NCBI RefSeq assembly: GCF_963921235.1
Contig: NC_086097.1
Location: forward strand, 91,700,001 to 91,764,000
Direction of reading: 5' to 3'
DNA length: 64,000 bases
Source: Mobula hypostoma
Lineage: Eukaryota
In this document: positions 13,353 to 28,372 of the stretch, piece by piece
Layout: every line of letters begins with the position of its first letter
Position numbering within the stretch: the first letter of the stretch is position 1
Translations under genes and position numbers: made by a program
The notes under the pieces: model-generated
The model's input: only the letters and a program-made list of their open reading frames with translations
Databases searched by the model: none
Told to the model about the DNA's origin: nothing

Positions 13353-13715
13353 TGTTATGCCCTGGTTAAGATTTCTACTACTATGCTGTAAGGTATTTTT
13401 TATTTTTATTTTTGCAGTTTTCTGCAAAAGCAGTGTGTCTTGTTAGAAAGAGCGTTTTGGCTTCGGCTAAAGAAAAGAAGTCATTTTGTCCCACTTAGGA
13501 ATGATGTGTCAGCCACTTGGGTTTGTCTTGGTACCATTTACCCAGTGGGTTGCAATGGAAGGTTCGAGAGAACTGGGCAGGATCCGATTTCTGAAGGACA
13601 GTAATCTGGTTTGGGGTCTTTTGGCAAAAGCTGGGAGCAAGACACAAGGGAAGATGCTCATAGAATGCCACTTGAAGCAGAGACCCTGTTGTAAGAAGTA
13701 ACTTGTGCAGATGAA

Positions 13716-16700
13716 AAGCAGCCAGTGAGTGAGTGTGCCAGCGAAGGAGTGGAGCTTTGAGGCTTTGACTCCAGAGGCTTCGCCGAGAAAAGGCAGAGGA
13801 CAAGCTTGCTCACAGTTAGTCTTTAAAATGCCTCCTGAGATGGTGATGTGCCTCTCATGTGAGATGTGGCAGTCTTGGGGGAACGCCCCTCCCCCGCTGA
13901 GTCACATCTGCCAGAAGTGCATACGGCTGGGCGATCTGGAAGACTGTGTAAGGAATCTGGAGCAGCAGCTGGATGACCTTCGACTCATAAGTGAGAATGA
14001 GGCAGTCATAGATGAGAGCTACAGGGAGGTAGTCACACCTAGGCTGTTGGAAGCAGGTTGTTGGGTGACAGTCAGAGGGGGGAAAGCAAAGGTGAGCAGA
14101 CAGGTAGTGCAGAGCACCCCTGTAGTCATTCCCCTAAATAAAAAGCTGACCATCGTGGATACTGTTGGCGGGGACGACCGACCAGCTGTGAGCCACGGTG
14201 GCAGGGCCTCCAGCACTGAGTCTCACCCAGTGGTGCAGAAGGGTGGGATGGAGAAGAGGAGAGCTGTCGTCATTGGAGACTCTATAGTCAGGGGAGCAGA
14301 CAGGAGATTTTGTGGACGTGAGAAGGACACCCACATGGTTTGTTGCCTCCTCGGTGCCAGGGTCCGGGATGTCTCTGACCAGGTGCACGACATCCTGGTA
14401 CAAGAGGGAAAGCAACCAGAAGTCGTGATACATGTTGGGACCAACGACAGAGGCAGGAAGAGGGATGAGGTCCGGAAGTGTGAGTTTCAGGAACTTGGCA
14501 GAAGGCTGAAGAACAGGACCTCAAGGGTGGCGTTCTCAGGATTGCTGCCAGTGCTACGTGATAGTGATGGTAAGAATTGGAGGAGATGGCAGCTGAATCC
14601 GTGGCTGAGGAGTTGCTGCAGGAGGCAGGGTTTTAGATTTTTGGATCATTGGGATCTCTTCTGGGGAAGGTGGGACCTGTACAGATTGGATGGATTGCAC
14701 TTGAACTCGAGGGGGACTAATATCCTTGCAGGTAGGTTTGCCAGCATGGTTCGGGAGGGTTTAAACTAATTTGCAAGGGGGATGGGACCCAGAGCGATAG
14801 AGCAGTGAAAGAAGTGCATGGAGTAAAGCCAGATCTAACATATAGATAGGTTTTGAGGAAAGAGAAGCAGAATAAACGGTGTGTACCTCAATGCAAGAAG
14901 CATCAGGAACAAAGGTGATGAACTGAGAGCTTGGATACATATATGGAATTATGATGTAGTGGACATTACAGAGACTTGGCTGGCACCAGGGCAGGAATGG
15001 ATTCTCAATATTCCTGGATTTCAGTGCTTTAAAAGGGATAGAGAGGGCAGAAAAAGGGGAGGAGGGTTGGCATTACTGGTCAGGGATACTATTACAGCTA
15101 CAGAAAGGGTGGGTAATGTAGCAGGATCCACCTTTGAGTCAATATGGGTGGAAGTCAGGAACAGGAAGGGAGCAGTTACACTATTGGAAGTATTCTATAG
15201 GCGCCCTGGTAGCAGCAGAGATACAGAGGAGCAGATTGGGAGGCAGATTTTGGAAAGGTGCAAAAATAACAGGGTTGTTATCATGGGTGACTTTAACTTC
15301 CCTAATACTGATTGGCACCTGATTAGTTCCAAAGGTTTAGATGGGCAGCAGAGTTTGTTAAGTGTGTCCAGGACGGATTCCTGTCGCAGTAGGTTGACAG
15401 GCTGACTGGGGGAATGTCATACTAGATCTAGTACTAGGTAACGAACCGGGTCAGGTCACAGATCTCTCAGTGGGTGAGCATCTGGGGGACAGTGACCACC
15501 GCTCCCTGGCCTTTAGCATTATCATGGAAAAGGATAGAATCAGAGAGGACAGGAAAATTTTTAATTGGGGAAGGGCAAATTATGAGGCTATAAGGCTAGA
15601 ACTTGCGGGTGTGAATTGGGATGATGTTTTTGCAGCAAAATGTACTATGGACATGTGGTCGATGTTTACAGATCTCTTGCAGGATGTTAGGGATAAATTT
15701 GTCCCGGTGAGGAAGATAAAGAATGGTAGGGTGAAGGAACCATGGGTGACAAGTGAGGTGGAAAATCTAGTCAGGTGGAAGAAGGCAGCATACATGAGGC
15801 TTAGGAAGCAAGGATCAGATAGATCTATTGAGGAATATAGGGAAGCAAGAAAGGAGCTTAAGAAGGGGCTGAGAAGAGCAAGAAGGGGGCATGAGAAGGC
15901 CTTGGCGAGTAGGGTAAAAGAAAACCCCAAGGCATTCTTCAATTATGTGAAGAAAAAAAGGATGACAGGAGTGAAGGTAGGACCGATTAGAGATAAAGGT
16001 GGGAAGATGTGCCTGGAGGCTGTGGAAGTGAGCGAGGTCCTCAATGAATACTTCTCTTCGGTATTCACCAATGAGAGGGAACTTGATGATGGTGAGGATA
16101 ATATGAGTGAGGTTGATGTTCTGGAGCATGTTGATATTAAGGGAGAGGAGGTGTTGGAGGTGTTAAAATATATTAGGACGGATGAGTCCCCAGGGCTGAA
16201 TGAATATTCCCCAGGCTCCTCTGGCTAGGATCTTTATATCCTCGTTCTCCACGGAAATGGTACCGGAGGATCGGAGGGAGGCGAATGTTGTCCCCTTGTT
16301 CAAAAAAGGTAGTAGGGATAGTCCGGGTAATTATAGACCAGTGAGCCTTACATCTGTGGTGGGAAAGCTGTTGGAAAAGATTCTTAGAGGTAAGATCTAT
16401 GGGGCATTTAGAGAATCATGGTCTGATCAGGGACAGTCAGCATGGCTTTGTGAAGGGCAGATCATGTCTAACAAGCCTGATAAGAGTTCTTTGACGAGGT
16501 GACCAGGCATATAGATGAGGGTAGTGCAGTGGATGTGATCTATATGGATTTTAGTAAGGCATTTGACAAGGTTCCACATGGTAGGCTTATTCAGAAAGTC
16601 AGAAGGCATGAGATCCAGGGAAGTTTGGCCAGGTGGATTCAGAATTGGCTTGCCTGCAGAAGGCAGAGGATCGTGGTGGAGGGAGTACATTCAGATTGGA

Positions 16701-17694
16701 GGATTATGACTAGTGGTGTCCCACAAGGATCGGTTCTGGAACCTCTACTTTTCGTGATTTTTATTAACGACCTGGATGTTGGGGTAGAAGGGTGGGTTGG
16801 CAAGTTTGCAGATGACTCAAAGGTTGGTGGTATTGTAGATAGTGTAGAGGATTGTCAAAGATTGCAGAGAGACACTGATAGGTTGCAGAAGTGGGCTCAG
16901 AAGTGGCAGATGGAGTTCAACCCGGAGAAGTGTGAGGTGGTACACTTTGGAAGGACAAACTCCAAGGCAGAGTACAAAGTAAATGGCAGGATACTTGGTA
17001 GTGTGGAGGAGCAGAGGGATCTGGGGGTACATGTCCACAGATCCCTGGAAGTTGCCTCACAGGTGGATAGAGTAGTTAAGAAAGCTTATGGGGTGTTAGC
17101 TTTCATAAGTCGAGGGATACAGTTTAAGAGTCGCCATGTAATGATGAGCTCTATAAAACTCTGGTTAGGCCACACTTGGAGTACTGTGTCCAGTTCTGGT
17201 CGCCTCACTATAGGAAGGATGTGGAAACATTGGAAAGGGTACAGAGGAGATTTACCCAGGATGCTGCCTGGTTTAGAGAGTATGCATTATGATCAGAGAT
17301 TAAGGGAGCTAGGGCTTTACTCTTTGGAGAGAAGGAGGATGAGAGGAGACATGATAGAGGTGTACAGGATAATAAGAGGAATAGGTGGAGTGGATAGCCA
17401 ATGCCTCTTCCCCAGGGCACCATTGCTCAATACAAGAGGACATGGCTTTAAGGTAAGGGGTGGGAAGTTCAAGGGGGATAGTAGAGGAAGGTTTTTTACT
17501 CAGAGAGTGGTTGGTGAGTGGAATGCACTGCCTGAGTCAGTGGTGGAGGCAGATACACTAGTGAAGTTTAAGAGACTGATAGACAGGTATATGGAGGAAT
17601 TTAAGTTGGGAGCTTATATGGGAGGCAGGGTTTGAGGGTCAGCACAACATTGTGGGCCGAAGGGCCTGTACTGTGCTGTACTATTCTATGTTCT
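13716..17694 (+). mobile_element. Near full-length CR1 LINE (ORF1 esterase; ORF2 APE endonuclease and RT, frameshifted)
   Basis: ORF2 starts YLNARSIRNK, with [24 protein letters not shown] and KFADD. (TTCTATG)n tail. ATGAA flanks both ends (13711-15, 17695-99). Confidence 0.95.
13828..14769 (+). CDS. CR1 ORF1p: zinc finger, coiled coil and SGNH/GDSL esterase (313 aa, open frame)
   Basis: ATG at 13828. CLSC..CQKC, a heptad LEDCVRNLEQQLDDL, and esterase blocks VIGDSIVRG, HVGTND and DGLHLN. Confidence 0.85.
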   Translation: MPPEMVMCLSCEMWQSWGNAPPPLSHICQKCIRLGDLEDCVRNLEQQLDDLRLISENEAVIDESYREVVTPRLLEAGCWVTVRGGKAKVSRQVVQSTPVVIPLNKKLTIVDTVGGDDRPAVSHGGRASSTESHPVVQKGGMEKRRAVVIGDSIVRGADRRFCGREKDTHMVCCLLGARVRDVSDQVHDILVQEGKQPEVVIHVGTNDRGRKRDEVRKCEFQELGRRLKNRTSRVAFSGLLPVLRDSDGKNWRRWQLNPWLRSCCRRQGFRFLDHWDLFWGRWDLYRLDGLHLNSRGTNILAGRFASMVREGLN

Positions 17695-20059
17695 ATGAAT
17701 GGTTCCAAGGAGGAAGTGCCAATGCTCCTGATTAGCCAGTTCGTTTGAGATGGTCTTCGAGTGAAGTCTGAACTGTGGCAGGTGCCTTTCATGCAGAATG
17801 TGGGTTCAGAGCATGAGGAAGCTGATACACCCGACCACTCCAGAGATAAGCTCCAACAGTTATGTGCACATTTAGACTGCTTTTCTTTTTCTTTCCTTTT
17901 TCTGTTAACTGTTTGTTAAAGTTGACATATTGGTAAATACATTTCCTTTGCAATTTTATGCCAGTGTACGATCTGTTATTTTTCTGGCAAACGATATCTT
18001 TACATGGGGCAGTATCTACACAGCATTCACTACAATCAATGTTCCTTAATTGGAACATCCGAACTTTCCTCCTTGGTTGAACATAAATCGTTCTGACCCT
18101 AGACGTGTGTTGCTCATGGAAGGTGACCTTCTCACTGCTCAGTCACGTGCCTGTTAGCAGAGATTGCTAATGAGACAAGTTTGTATAAAACCCCTGGTGA
18201 TAGCGTTACAATACTATTGGTGCAAGTGTCTGAGAATGCACCCACAACACAGCTAACAAGAGGCAAAATATTGTCCACGCAGCTTCAATGAACCATGAAT
18301 TCTGGTACTCAGGAAAGAGAGCTGGGTATGTGCGTAGAGCACGCACACAGCTTCTCCCCCAAGAGTCACATTTTAAATGCATGAACAGTGCAGTGTATTG
18401 TTTGAACCTTTAAATTATTAACAATTCACAATTAAAAAGTAGATATTATTATTTAAAATATGCTATGATCATTCATTGTCAACTTTACAAAATTTAACAG
18501 ACATAAAATGTATTTGCAGTTTAGTGAGAGGGTTAGGTTTTAATGGAACACAGGAGGAGAGCAATGCAAAATAAAAAAGAGAGATAAAGAGCTGTGCTAT
18601 TAAAGTAGCCAGTGAACAAGAGACCTTCAAATAATTTTAAGACTGTTGGATGTTAGATGAACGGTTATGTCCAAGGGAAAAGAATAATTCAGAAACAATT
18701 GAGACTTTGGGGTGTAGGAACTAACAAATAATGAGCTTTGGGATTGTAGGTGAAAACAGTTTAGTGAGAAACATGGGCAATACACTTTTGTATGAACTCA
18801 GGTTCAGAGGGTGGCAGATGGAGGGCAGGTCAGCTGTAAACAGTTTGAGTATATTATGCACTCTTGACTTATACTATCAAGGATTTATACTGCTCATAGT
18901 GTTTTAAAAAAAAACCCTGGATTCATCACTTTCCTATAAATTTGTGCTTTTTTAAAAAGAATTAGTAAGGACAAGTGGTGATAGAGAGGTAAAATATGTA
19001 AAATAACTACTCCTCAAATTTCAGTTTGTCCACTTGTTTTTATGTAATACTGCTATGCTGTAAACAAAATCATTTGAGAAACTAAGAAAAAATACAAGAT
19101 TACAAGAACTGCAGCTGCAGTGAAAACAGGATAAAGATGCCAATAGGTTCCACTTAAACAGTGTCATAAAATTCAAAAAGACCCTATTGTCACAAAACAA
19201 TAGCACTCCTCACCAAACAAGCATGAAGGATATTGTCATCCGCTGATGTTGAATGGTACCACGTGCTGGTCACAGCAACACAATGAATGCTTCTCCACTT
19301 TGTGCAACAGAAAGGCATTCATACAGTGACAGTGAACACAGCTCAACAGTGACTCAGTGTGTCATTCAATCAAACACAAATAATAGGCTGGCTTTGAAAA
19401 TCTACCCAAGAGACCCAGTGTTGCACTTTGGAAAAGAAGGGAGAATAAAGATATTCTTGTTACAAATGCTTTCTTTAATTTGGACAACTAATTGGACCAG
19501 CAATTTATTCTTGTTGGCCATGCTACAAAATACCTGCAATTGTGTTTTAAAATGTATTTCTAAAACAATCCATTATCTATCGTCTCACGTGGGAAATCTT
19601 CTTTGCCAAATGTGCATGATCAAAGACCATGGAATTAACAGAGGTGTTATTTCAAATGCACAATACCATTGCCCACAGCTCAAATCAGCCTACATTGTTG
19701 CCAGTTGTGAAGAACTCCCCATCCTACCAGGTCACTAACCATCAGCTTCACTGTCCAAATTATCATTTGAAGACTATTTCTGCAAACAAAAATGGGAAAG
19801 GATAAGGAAACACTCAATGAGGAGAGGTGAGAAAGATAACATAACTAGAAAGGACAATCCACAAAGGCTCTGCTTGAAGTCAAGATGAGCTTGAGACTTG
19901 ATATTCATGACATCACTAAGACTTCTTCTTTGCCCAACTCCAATCCTATCTCAGCCCATTTGCTGCCAAAAGGTTCATTTACATTTGTGTTCCCTATTTC
20001 AATGAACTCCTGGTCATCTCCTTAGATGTACTCCTGGTAAACTTGAGATTATCCAAAAC

Positions 20060-20435
20060 GTTCTGCTCGCTGCTGCCATCAGAAAGAAGGTACAGGAGCT
20101 TTAGGACATGCACCATCAGATTCAGGAACAATCAGTACCCCTCAACCACCCAGGCTCTTGAACCAGAGGAAGTAACTTCACTCAATTTCACTCACCCCAT
20201 CACTGAACTGTTCCCACAACCTATGGACTCACTTTCAAGGGCTCTTCATCTCATTTGCTCAACAATTATTGCTTATTTATTTACTTATTTTCTCTTGCTT
20301 TGTATTTGCACCATTGTTGTCTTTTGCACTTTGGTTGTTATGTCCTATTCAGGGCAAACTTTCATTAATACTGCTGTGCATCTTTTATTTACTGGGATTA
20401 CGGTAGCATATTGATAATAAATTTACTTTTAATTT
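20060..20435 (+). mobile_element. Rex1/Babar-like LINE 3' end
   Basis: SLLPSERRYRSFRTCTIRFRN followed by a 3' UTR ending GATAATAAATTTACTTT. Confidence 0.75.
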
Positions 20436-23369
20436 CGAGCTCTTAGTTTAGCTTTCATACCCTAATTTGCACCAATAAACCTGAGCTTGCTCCTGACTGA
20501 GCAATCCCTGGATTTTAAAATCCCTATGTAATCATACATTCCTCACACTCTATCCTCTAACCCTAAAAGCATCTCAGATAACAGAATTCCTCAAAATCTG
20601 GGTTTAATCAAAAAATCTAAGTAAAATCACACTGGCAGATATACTTCAGGTGCCAATTCCTTTGGAATCCCTTCCATAATCTCCCTACCTATTCACCCTC
20701 CTCCTCCTCCTTTTTGACTGAACTTTTTAGTTCTCTATCCTGGTATTCCCACCTCTGGCTTCCTGTGAGGCAACTTGGAATTATTCTCTTTGTTAAAAAG
20801 GTATACCCGGATAAGTCACATTCTTTTGTACTAACTCCATCAAAGTCCCCAAAATTTGAGCTTTTGCTGCTCAGAAGAACTTCCCAGATTCTGCAAACTT
20901 CCCACAATTAACTCCTTAATGCCAGATACTATTCTGGCAAACTTTCTGTATACTCCAACGTCATAATATCCATTCCGAAATGTGACACCCAGCATCAAAC
21001 AGCGTACAGCAGCTAAGCCCTAACTAGTGATTGATTCTAAAGCTTCATTGCCTCTGTATTGAATTCCCCTATTTACAAAGTGAAGTAACCCATGTATTTT
21101 TTAAAATGAAACAATTTATTACTACATCAAAGAATTAATGTACATTATCATCTCCCCTCATCATCACATCCCTCTACTCTCAGCTGTGTTACAGAATGTT
21201 ATACATTTACATTGTACTACCTTTTTAACACATTTGTCTGCTCTGCTAACTCACATCCATGTTCTATCAGATGCTCAAAGCTTAAAGTAAATTTATTACC
21301 AAAGTAAGTAAACGTCACCATAATACCAACAAGATTCATTTTCGGGAACACAACGGAATCAGTGAAAAACTACAAAGACGGGCAAACAATCAATGGGTAA
21401 AAGACAGCCAGTGCATTTACGAAAAATAATGATAATAATAAATATATAATAAATAATATTGAGAACATGAGTTGTACAGTCCTTGAAAGTAAGTCCATAG
21501 GTTGTGGAATCAGTTTAGCATTGACAGTCCACACGTTAAGTAAGAATAAATAAGTGGCAACAATGCTATTAGAAATTCTTGCCTGTAGCCTCAAAACAGC
21601 GTACGAGGTTCAGAAATGACTTCACGTTGTCCTGTACAAGCATGAGCTAAGTTCAGTAGTAAACACAACATAGAGTCGAGCAGCCGTGACAACACTACGC
21701 CCAGTTTCTATGCCAACAAGCAGCGAAGTCGTGACCCACAGACCTACTATTCAAAATGTAAAGTATCCAGTCTAGGCTGCGTCACACTTCCAATGAACAT
21801 TTTCCAGTCATCAACTGCAGCAGAACCTGACCGAAAACAGCACGTATCATCATCTCTCCTTCTCAGTATCATTCTTGTTTTAAATGAATGTCCATGACAC
21901 CCTGCACCAACATATCAATACAGACTTGCATGCTAATTTAACTTAAAAGATGAAAATAAGAAATCATTGTTTGTAGTCATAGTTTCACCACAAGTGAGAG
22001 CCAAGTAAAAATGTTTGAATTAGCAGCAGATGCCATATTATACATTTAATGTAAAGCATTAAGGTATGATTGTAAAACCATGATTTATTCCTGATTTCAA
22101 TGAAAATGTTTTCTAGAAAACTTTTAAGTAAATCCATGAAACTTGTTCAAGACAGCAATATAGAAGTGTTACAATATTCCAGAAATCAGAACTCACCTCC
22201 ATTTTCAAACTTAAATGCTGCTATACCCTATTCTACTCTTGCCTTCATCTACATCATAATAGGTGCATTAAAAAAAAGCAAGCAGCAAGAAATCCCTGGG
22301 TCAGAGGAATTTGCAGCCATAATAAATGACTGGGTTGGGGCAGTGGGTAGCACTACACTGCCTGGAGTCTGCCTGGCTGAGATGCTGATGAGTAAACATT
22401 TACAGATGCAACTGAGCTAAGGACAGTCCAAATCTCCACTGTGTCATAACGGAGTATTAAATCAAAATCATGCAGCATTTGGGAAGTACTGGGAATCAGT
22501 GAATTTCTAATATAACAATGAAAACACTTAAAAGGCACATTATTGGCTGTAAACTGCTATAGAACATCTTAAAAACTGCAAAAGATGATATACTAATTTA
22601 AGATTGTTTCCTCACCTAGCAAAAAAGCTTTGGAATGGCACAAATTCCAGAGTTCCACACACATCAAATGCTCTTTACTGTGCATTTATTCTGAACTGGT
22701 TACTAACTTCTACTCAAATAGCTTTCAATGTACCTCCACCACCACACTTCGCCCAGAAATTCTACATTATCACCAATTTATGCATACTTGTTCAACATAT
22801 AGAAACAAATCATAACCTTATGATAAAAATGATTCTACTAAACCCAGAATGAAAACTCATCTCAATTCAGATATTCAAAAAGCCGCAAGCCAAATTGGAA
22901 TTGAGATTTCTAATTTCCTACTAAGTAATCATATTTGTAACGAGAAACAATACATAAGCCAACTAGAAATAAAATTATAGTCTACTCAAATGCATTTTGA
23001 ACAGTTCCGTTTAAATTCATTGATCATATATCCTACTTTAGATTTGGGCCTGAATCTCTCAGATTTCTGTTGAATCATGTTTTATGTCCCAAATTTCTTT
23101 CAGAAACAAGCCAGCTGTTTTTTCTGATTTAGTTCCCCAACAGCACTCATCAAATAATTTCTCCTCCAATACCTACCTCCTGCTTAACATTTTCAACACA
23201 AACTTATTACGCCCATGTTAACTTACTTGATATGAAGACCAGCAAGGAAGGATGGGCTGTCTTCTTGAACCAATGTAGTCTTTGTGGTCTAAGTACTCAG
23301 ATTTCAATGACTTTGATCCAATGAAACGAAGGTACAGTGCATCTAAGCCAGGAAGTTAGTGTGTTAAAG

Positions 23370-23880
23370 TCGTACAGAACAGAAACAAGCCCTTCCATCC
23401 ACCTTTTTGCCTGTCCACATTAATCACATTTGTACACATCTGGACCATATTCTTTGAAGCCTTCCCTAATTAAGCATTTGTCAATGTATCTGATTCTAGC
23501 TCCTACTCTAACAGCACATTCCAGATATCAACCTGTGTTTTAAAAAAAACTTACCTTCCCCTTCTGATCCCCTATAGAACTCTCTCAGTCTCACCTTAAA
23601 CCTGTACCTTATGTTTGGTATTCCCACTATCTACCCCATCTCTGCTTTTCATAATCTCCTATCAGGTCACCCATGGCCTCCTTCACTGTAGGGAAAACAA
23701 GCCCAGCCTTATGCAATTGCTCCCAATAACTAAATATTTCAATCCAGGCAACATCCTGGTGAATCCCCTCTGTACTCCCCACACAATCTCATCCTTTCTT
23801 TAGTGTGATGATCAGAAGTACTTTGTAAAGTTGCTACATAACATCGCAACTCTCATATCCTATGCCTTATGTCCTGTTGC
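23370..23880 (-). mobile_element. Degraded CR1 3' fragment
   Basis: Reverse complement resembles the CR1 C-terminus and UTR (aatccaggcaacatcctggtgaatc). Confidence 0.65.
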
Positions 23881-24137
23881 CATATGCCCTCTTAACAAAC
23901 CTTTATGGCTTGCGTTTCCAAATGCATTGCAGCTTGGATTAGAACAAAAGGGTAGCTACTCCACATATCTGTTGTACTTATTCTTCAGTAGCTGAGGGTC
24001 AATATTGTGAAATATCCTGATAAAGAAACATAAGTTAATTGCTGCAGTGCATCTGGCAGATATGGATCAATGTAGAATATTTGTGGCACTGAAGACAATT
24101 CAAATCAAGCTTTTTCAGATGGGTTAATAATGGCAGT

Positions 24138-24525
24138 TTGGGTGGTGGGGTGCAGATACGTCTCTACCAAAGGAGGTGTAAGGTGCTTCTTCCCTCCACT
24201 AGCCTGTAGGTTACCCGTGGGTAAGGTGCAGCACCTGCTTAGCCGCCCCCCCCATTCAGGGTCAGCACAACATTGTGGGCCGAAGGGCCTGTAATGTGCT
24301 GTAAATTTCTATGTTCTATGTAAGACCTGGTTATGTGACCACTGGCGCCAGGCAGACAATTTCTGAAGAGTATTGATAATGGCTGGGGTCACCTGTCTTG
24401 TAAAGACAATGTCTAGAAAAAGGCAATGGTAACCACTTTGGTCGAAATATTTGCCAAGAACAATCATAGTCATAGAAAGATCATGATTGCCCATGTCATA
24501 CAACACAACACATAACAAATGAACA
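24138..24525 (+). repeat. RTE-related short repeat (SINE-like) carrying an embedded CR1 tail
   Basis: Second copy at 56452-57415. Its AGAAGGCAATGGCAAAC segment resembles the Bov-A/RTE motif. A CR1 tail sits at 24260-24321. Confidence 0.6.
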
Positions 24526-25420
24526 AATAATAGCAGGGTTTATGGAGAGGAATAATGATGGCAAAAGCTGTTAAAAATATCAGTAAAGACTACTAGTTCA
24601 TTGGAAATGATATTAAGAAAGTGGGTCAACATCAGAGAAATCTTCAGGTTATTCACTTGCTCCCAATCTGTGTGCTACAATTTGCCATGCAACTCAACAA
24701 ATCTGGTTTCAGATCGTTTTGAGACACTATAGGCTTTACTTTATTTTAGTAGGTCTTAATCCATTTGTCTCAACAGAGTCTTCCTCAATTCTGCATCTCC
24801 AATTGCACATGAAATCTTGTCAAAGATCAACAGGTCCACGAGACTTCCGAAGTAACAATTTACATACACCATCTTACACAAGATTCTTAAGTATACAATA
24901 AAATATCTTTGCGTTCACCCACAGTCTCCTGAAAACTTGCAATAATACAATGAACAAATTCATGTAGTGTTGCTGTAATTGTAAAAGCGTTTGAGATTCT
25001 CTTCCAAAATCTTATTGGTTGATTTGCTTATTCAGTATACCTCTCGCCTCTGTCTGACAGATACAAATAAATCCTCAATTTTGTTCTCAACTCAATTAAG
25101 CTGAGTTTATAACTATGAGTACAAGTTTAGGTCAGGCATAAGTACAATGAAAACTAAAATTAGAAGAGCCACATTACCATAACATTAAAACCTGAGCTGA
25201 CAATGACCAGCTGTACTTACCCCAGCTCAGGAACTTCTTTCAATTTCCACAAAATCAGCATAAATATAACAAATAAGCTGTTTAATTTCTGGAGTGCATC
25301 AGATTAAATACTAATCAAAAATGGAAGATGTGGCAATAGGATACTAATCATTCTGACTTGCATGAAAAAATGAGGCCAGTCAGCACAGCAGGAGCTGACG
25401 TGAACCCAAATCAGAATATA

Positions 25421-27068
<1,648 letters not shown>

Positions 27069-28227
27069 TATACCTACCTTGAGTTCAACACATCCATGGT
27101 AACTGAAAATCAAAACGAAAACTGCAGATGTTGATAATCTGAAATTAAAGTAGAAAATGCTGGAAAATACTCAGCAAATCTGGCAACATCCATGGGAAAA
27201 AGAGTCAACAGTTTGGGTCAGTAATTCTTTTTTAGAACTGAAAAAGAGATGCAGGCTAGGAGAGAAGGTGGGGAGGGTTGTTCTGCATGTCAGTGATAGG
27301 ACACGTTTAGAGAGCAATTTATATTTTTTTTAAATTACAGACACTAGAAATTTTAAATAAATGGTCAGATCAAGTTGCTAAACTTGAACTGAATACAAGG
27401 AGAAAATCCTCCTTTCATTGCTTACAGGTATATGACAAGTTACTTGAATGTTGATGTATGATAACTACATATGTATGGAGTCTTTTTTATGTACAGGATG
27501 TTATAATGATGTCAGAAGAAATGAATGTTCACAGTAAAGAATGAGGTGTGAATCAAACACCCTTCTTTCTTCTGGATAGTGTGGAGATGGTCTACCATGG
27601 GACTCTTGACTTGTGCATTGTAGATTGTGGAAAGGCTTTAGGGTGTTAGCTCGTCTATGATTGTTCTTATAGTGTATCATTTATATGGATGTTCCAGCTG
27701 GGGTTCTGGTCCATGGTGACCCCTAAGATTTTGTAATGGGCTTCACACTGGTAATGTCACAGCAGGTCAAGGATAGGTAGCTGGGCTCCCTCTAAAAAAG
27801 GATCAAGCAAGTTGAGGAAGTGTCCTTTCTTCCAAAACAATCTCAAGTGAAAGATAAAACTGTCATCCAAAACTGCACACAGAAGAAATTTATGAATAAG
27901 AACATTTTAATTATCTTACATTTATTTTTGAAACCCATGAGCTCACTACATAAACTGGTAATTTGGTACAATACAGCTTTAAAAAAACAAATAACCTGGA
28001 AACTTATAATACCTATTTTCAACACTACCCTTTATAGCCTGATATTATAGTTGGCCTACTCATCCACCCGCTCAAATCCAAATGATTCATTAATTGTTAT
28101 TTCAGCCTCAAGGTTACCGCAACTTACTTGAATGTAAAGTTACCTATGAATTAATGTAAAAATTACATGGCCAGGTGATTGATTGCTTGTGAATTAATCT
28201 CTGTTATTTAATATCATGTATTGAGAT

Positions 28228-28372
28228 GGTGCACGGAACAGGCCCTTCGAGACATGCCGCACAACAATCCCCCAGTTTAATCCTGGCCTAGTCACAGGAG
28301 AATTTACAATGACCAACTAACCGACCAACCGGTACGTCTTTGGACTGTGGGAGGAAACCGGAGCACCCGGAT
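28228..28372 (-). repeat. V-SINE (HE1-like) fragment
   Basis: Reverse complement contains the V-domain CCGGGTGCTCCGGTTTCCTCCCACAGTCCAAAGAC and a CR1-like tail. A related copy lies at about 52300-52540. Confidence 0.7.

Larger units (their letters stand above)
13353..18210 (+). mobile_element. Gypsy 3' LTR (TGTTAT...GTTACA), split by a CR1 insertion
   Basis: Starts right after the PPT and ends GTTACA at 18210. The two halves, 13353-13715 and 17695-18210, rejoin at ATGAA. Confidence 0.7.

Noticed and set aside
19253..19738. 161-aa ORF in unique sequence
   Set aside because: No recognisable domain or splice context; composition looks like random intronic sequence.
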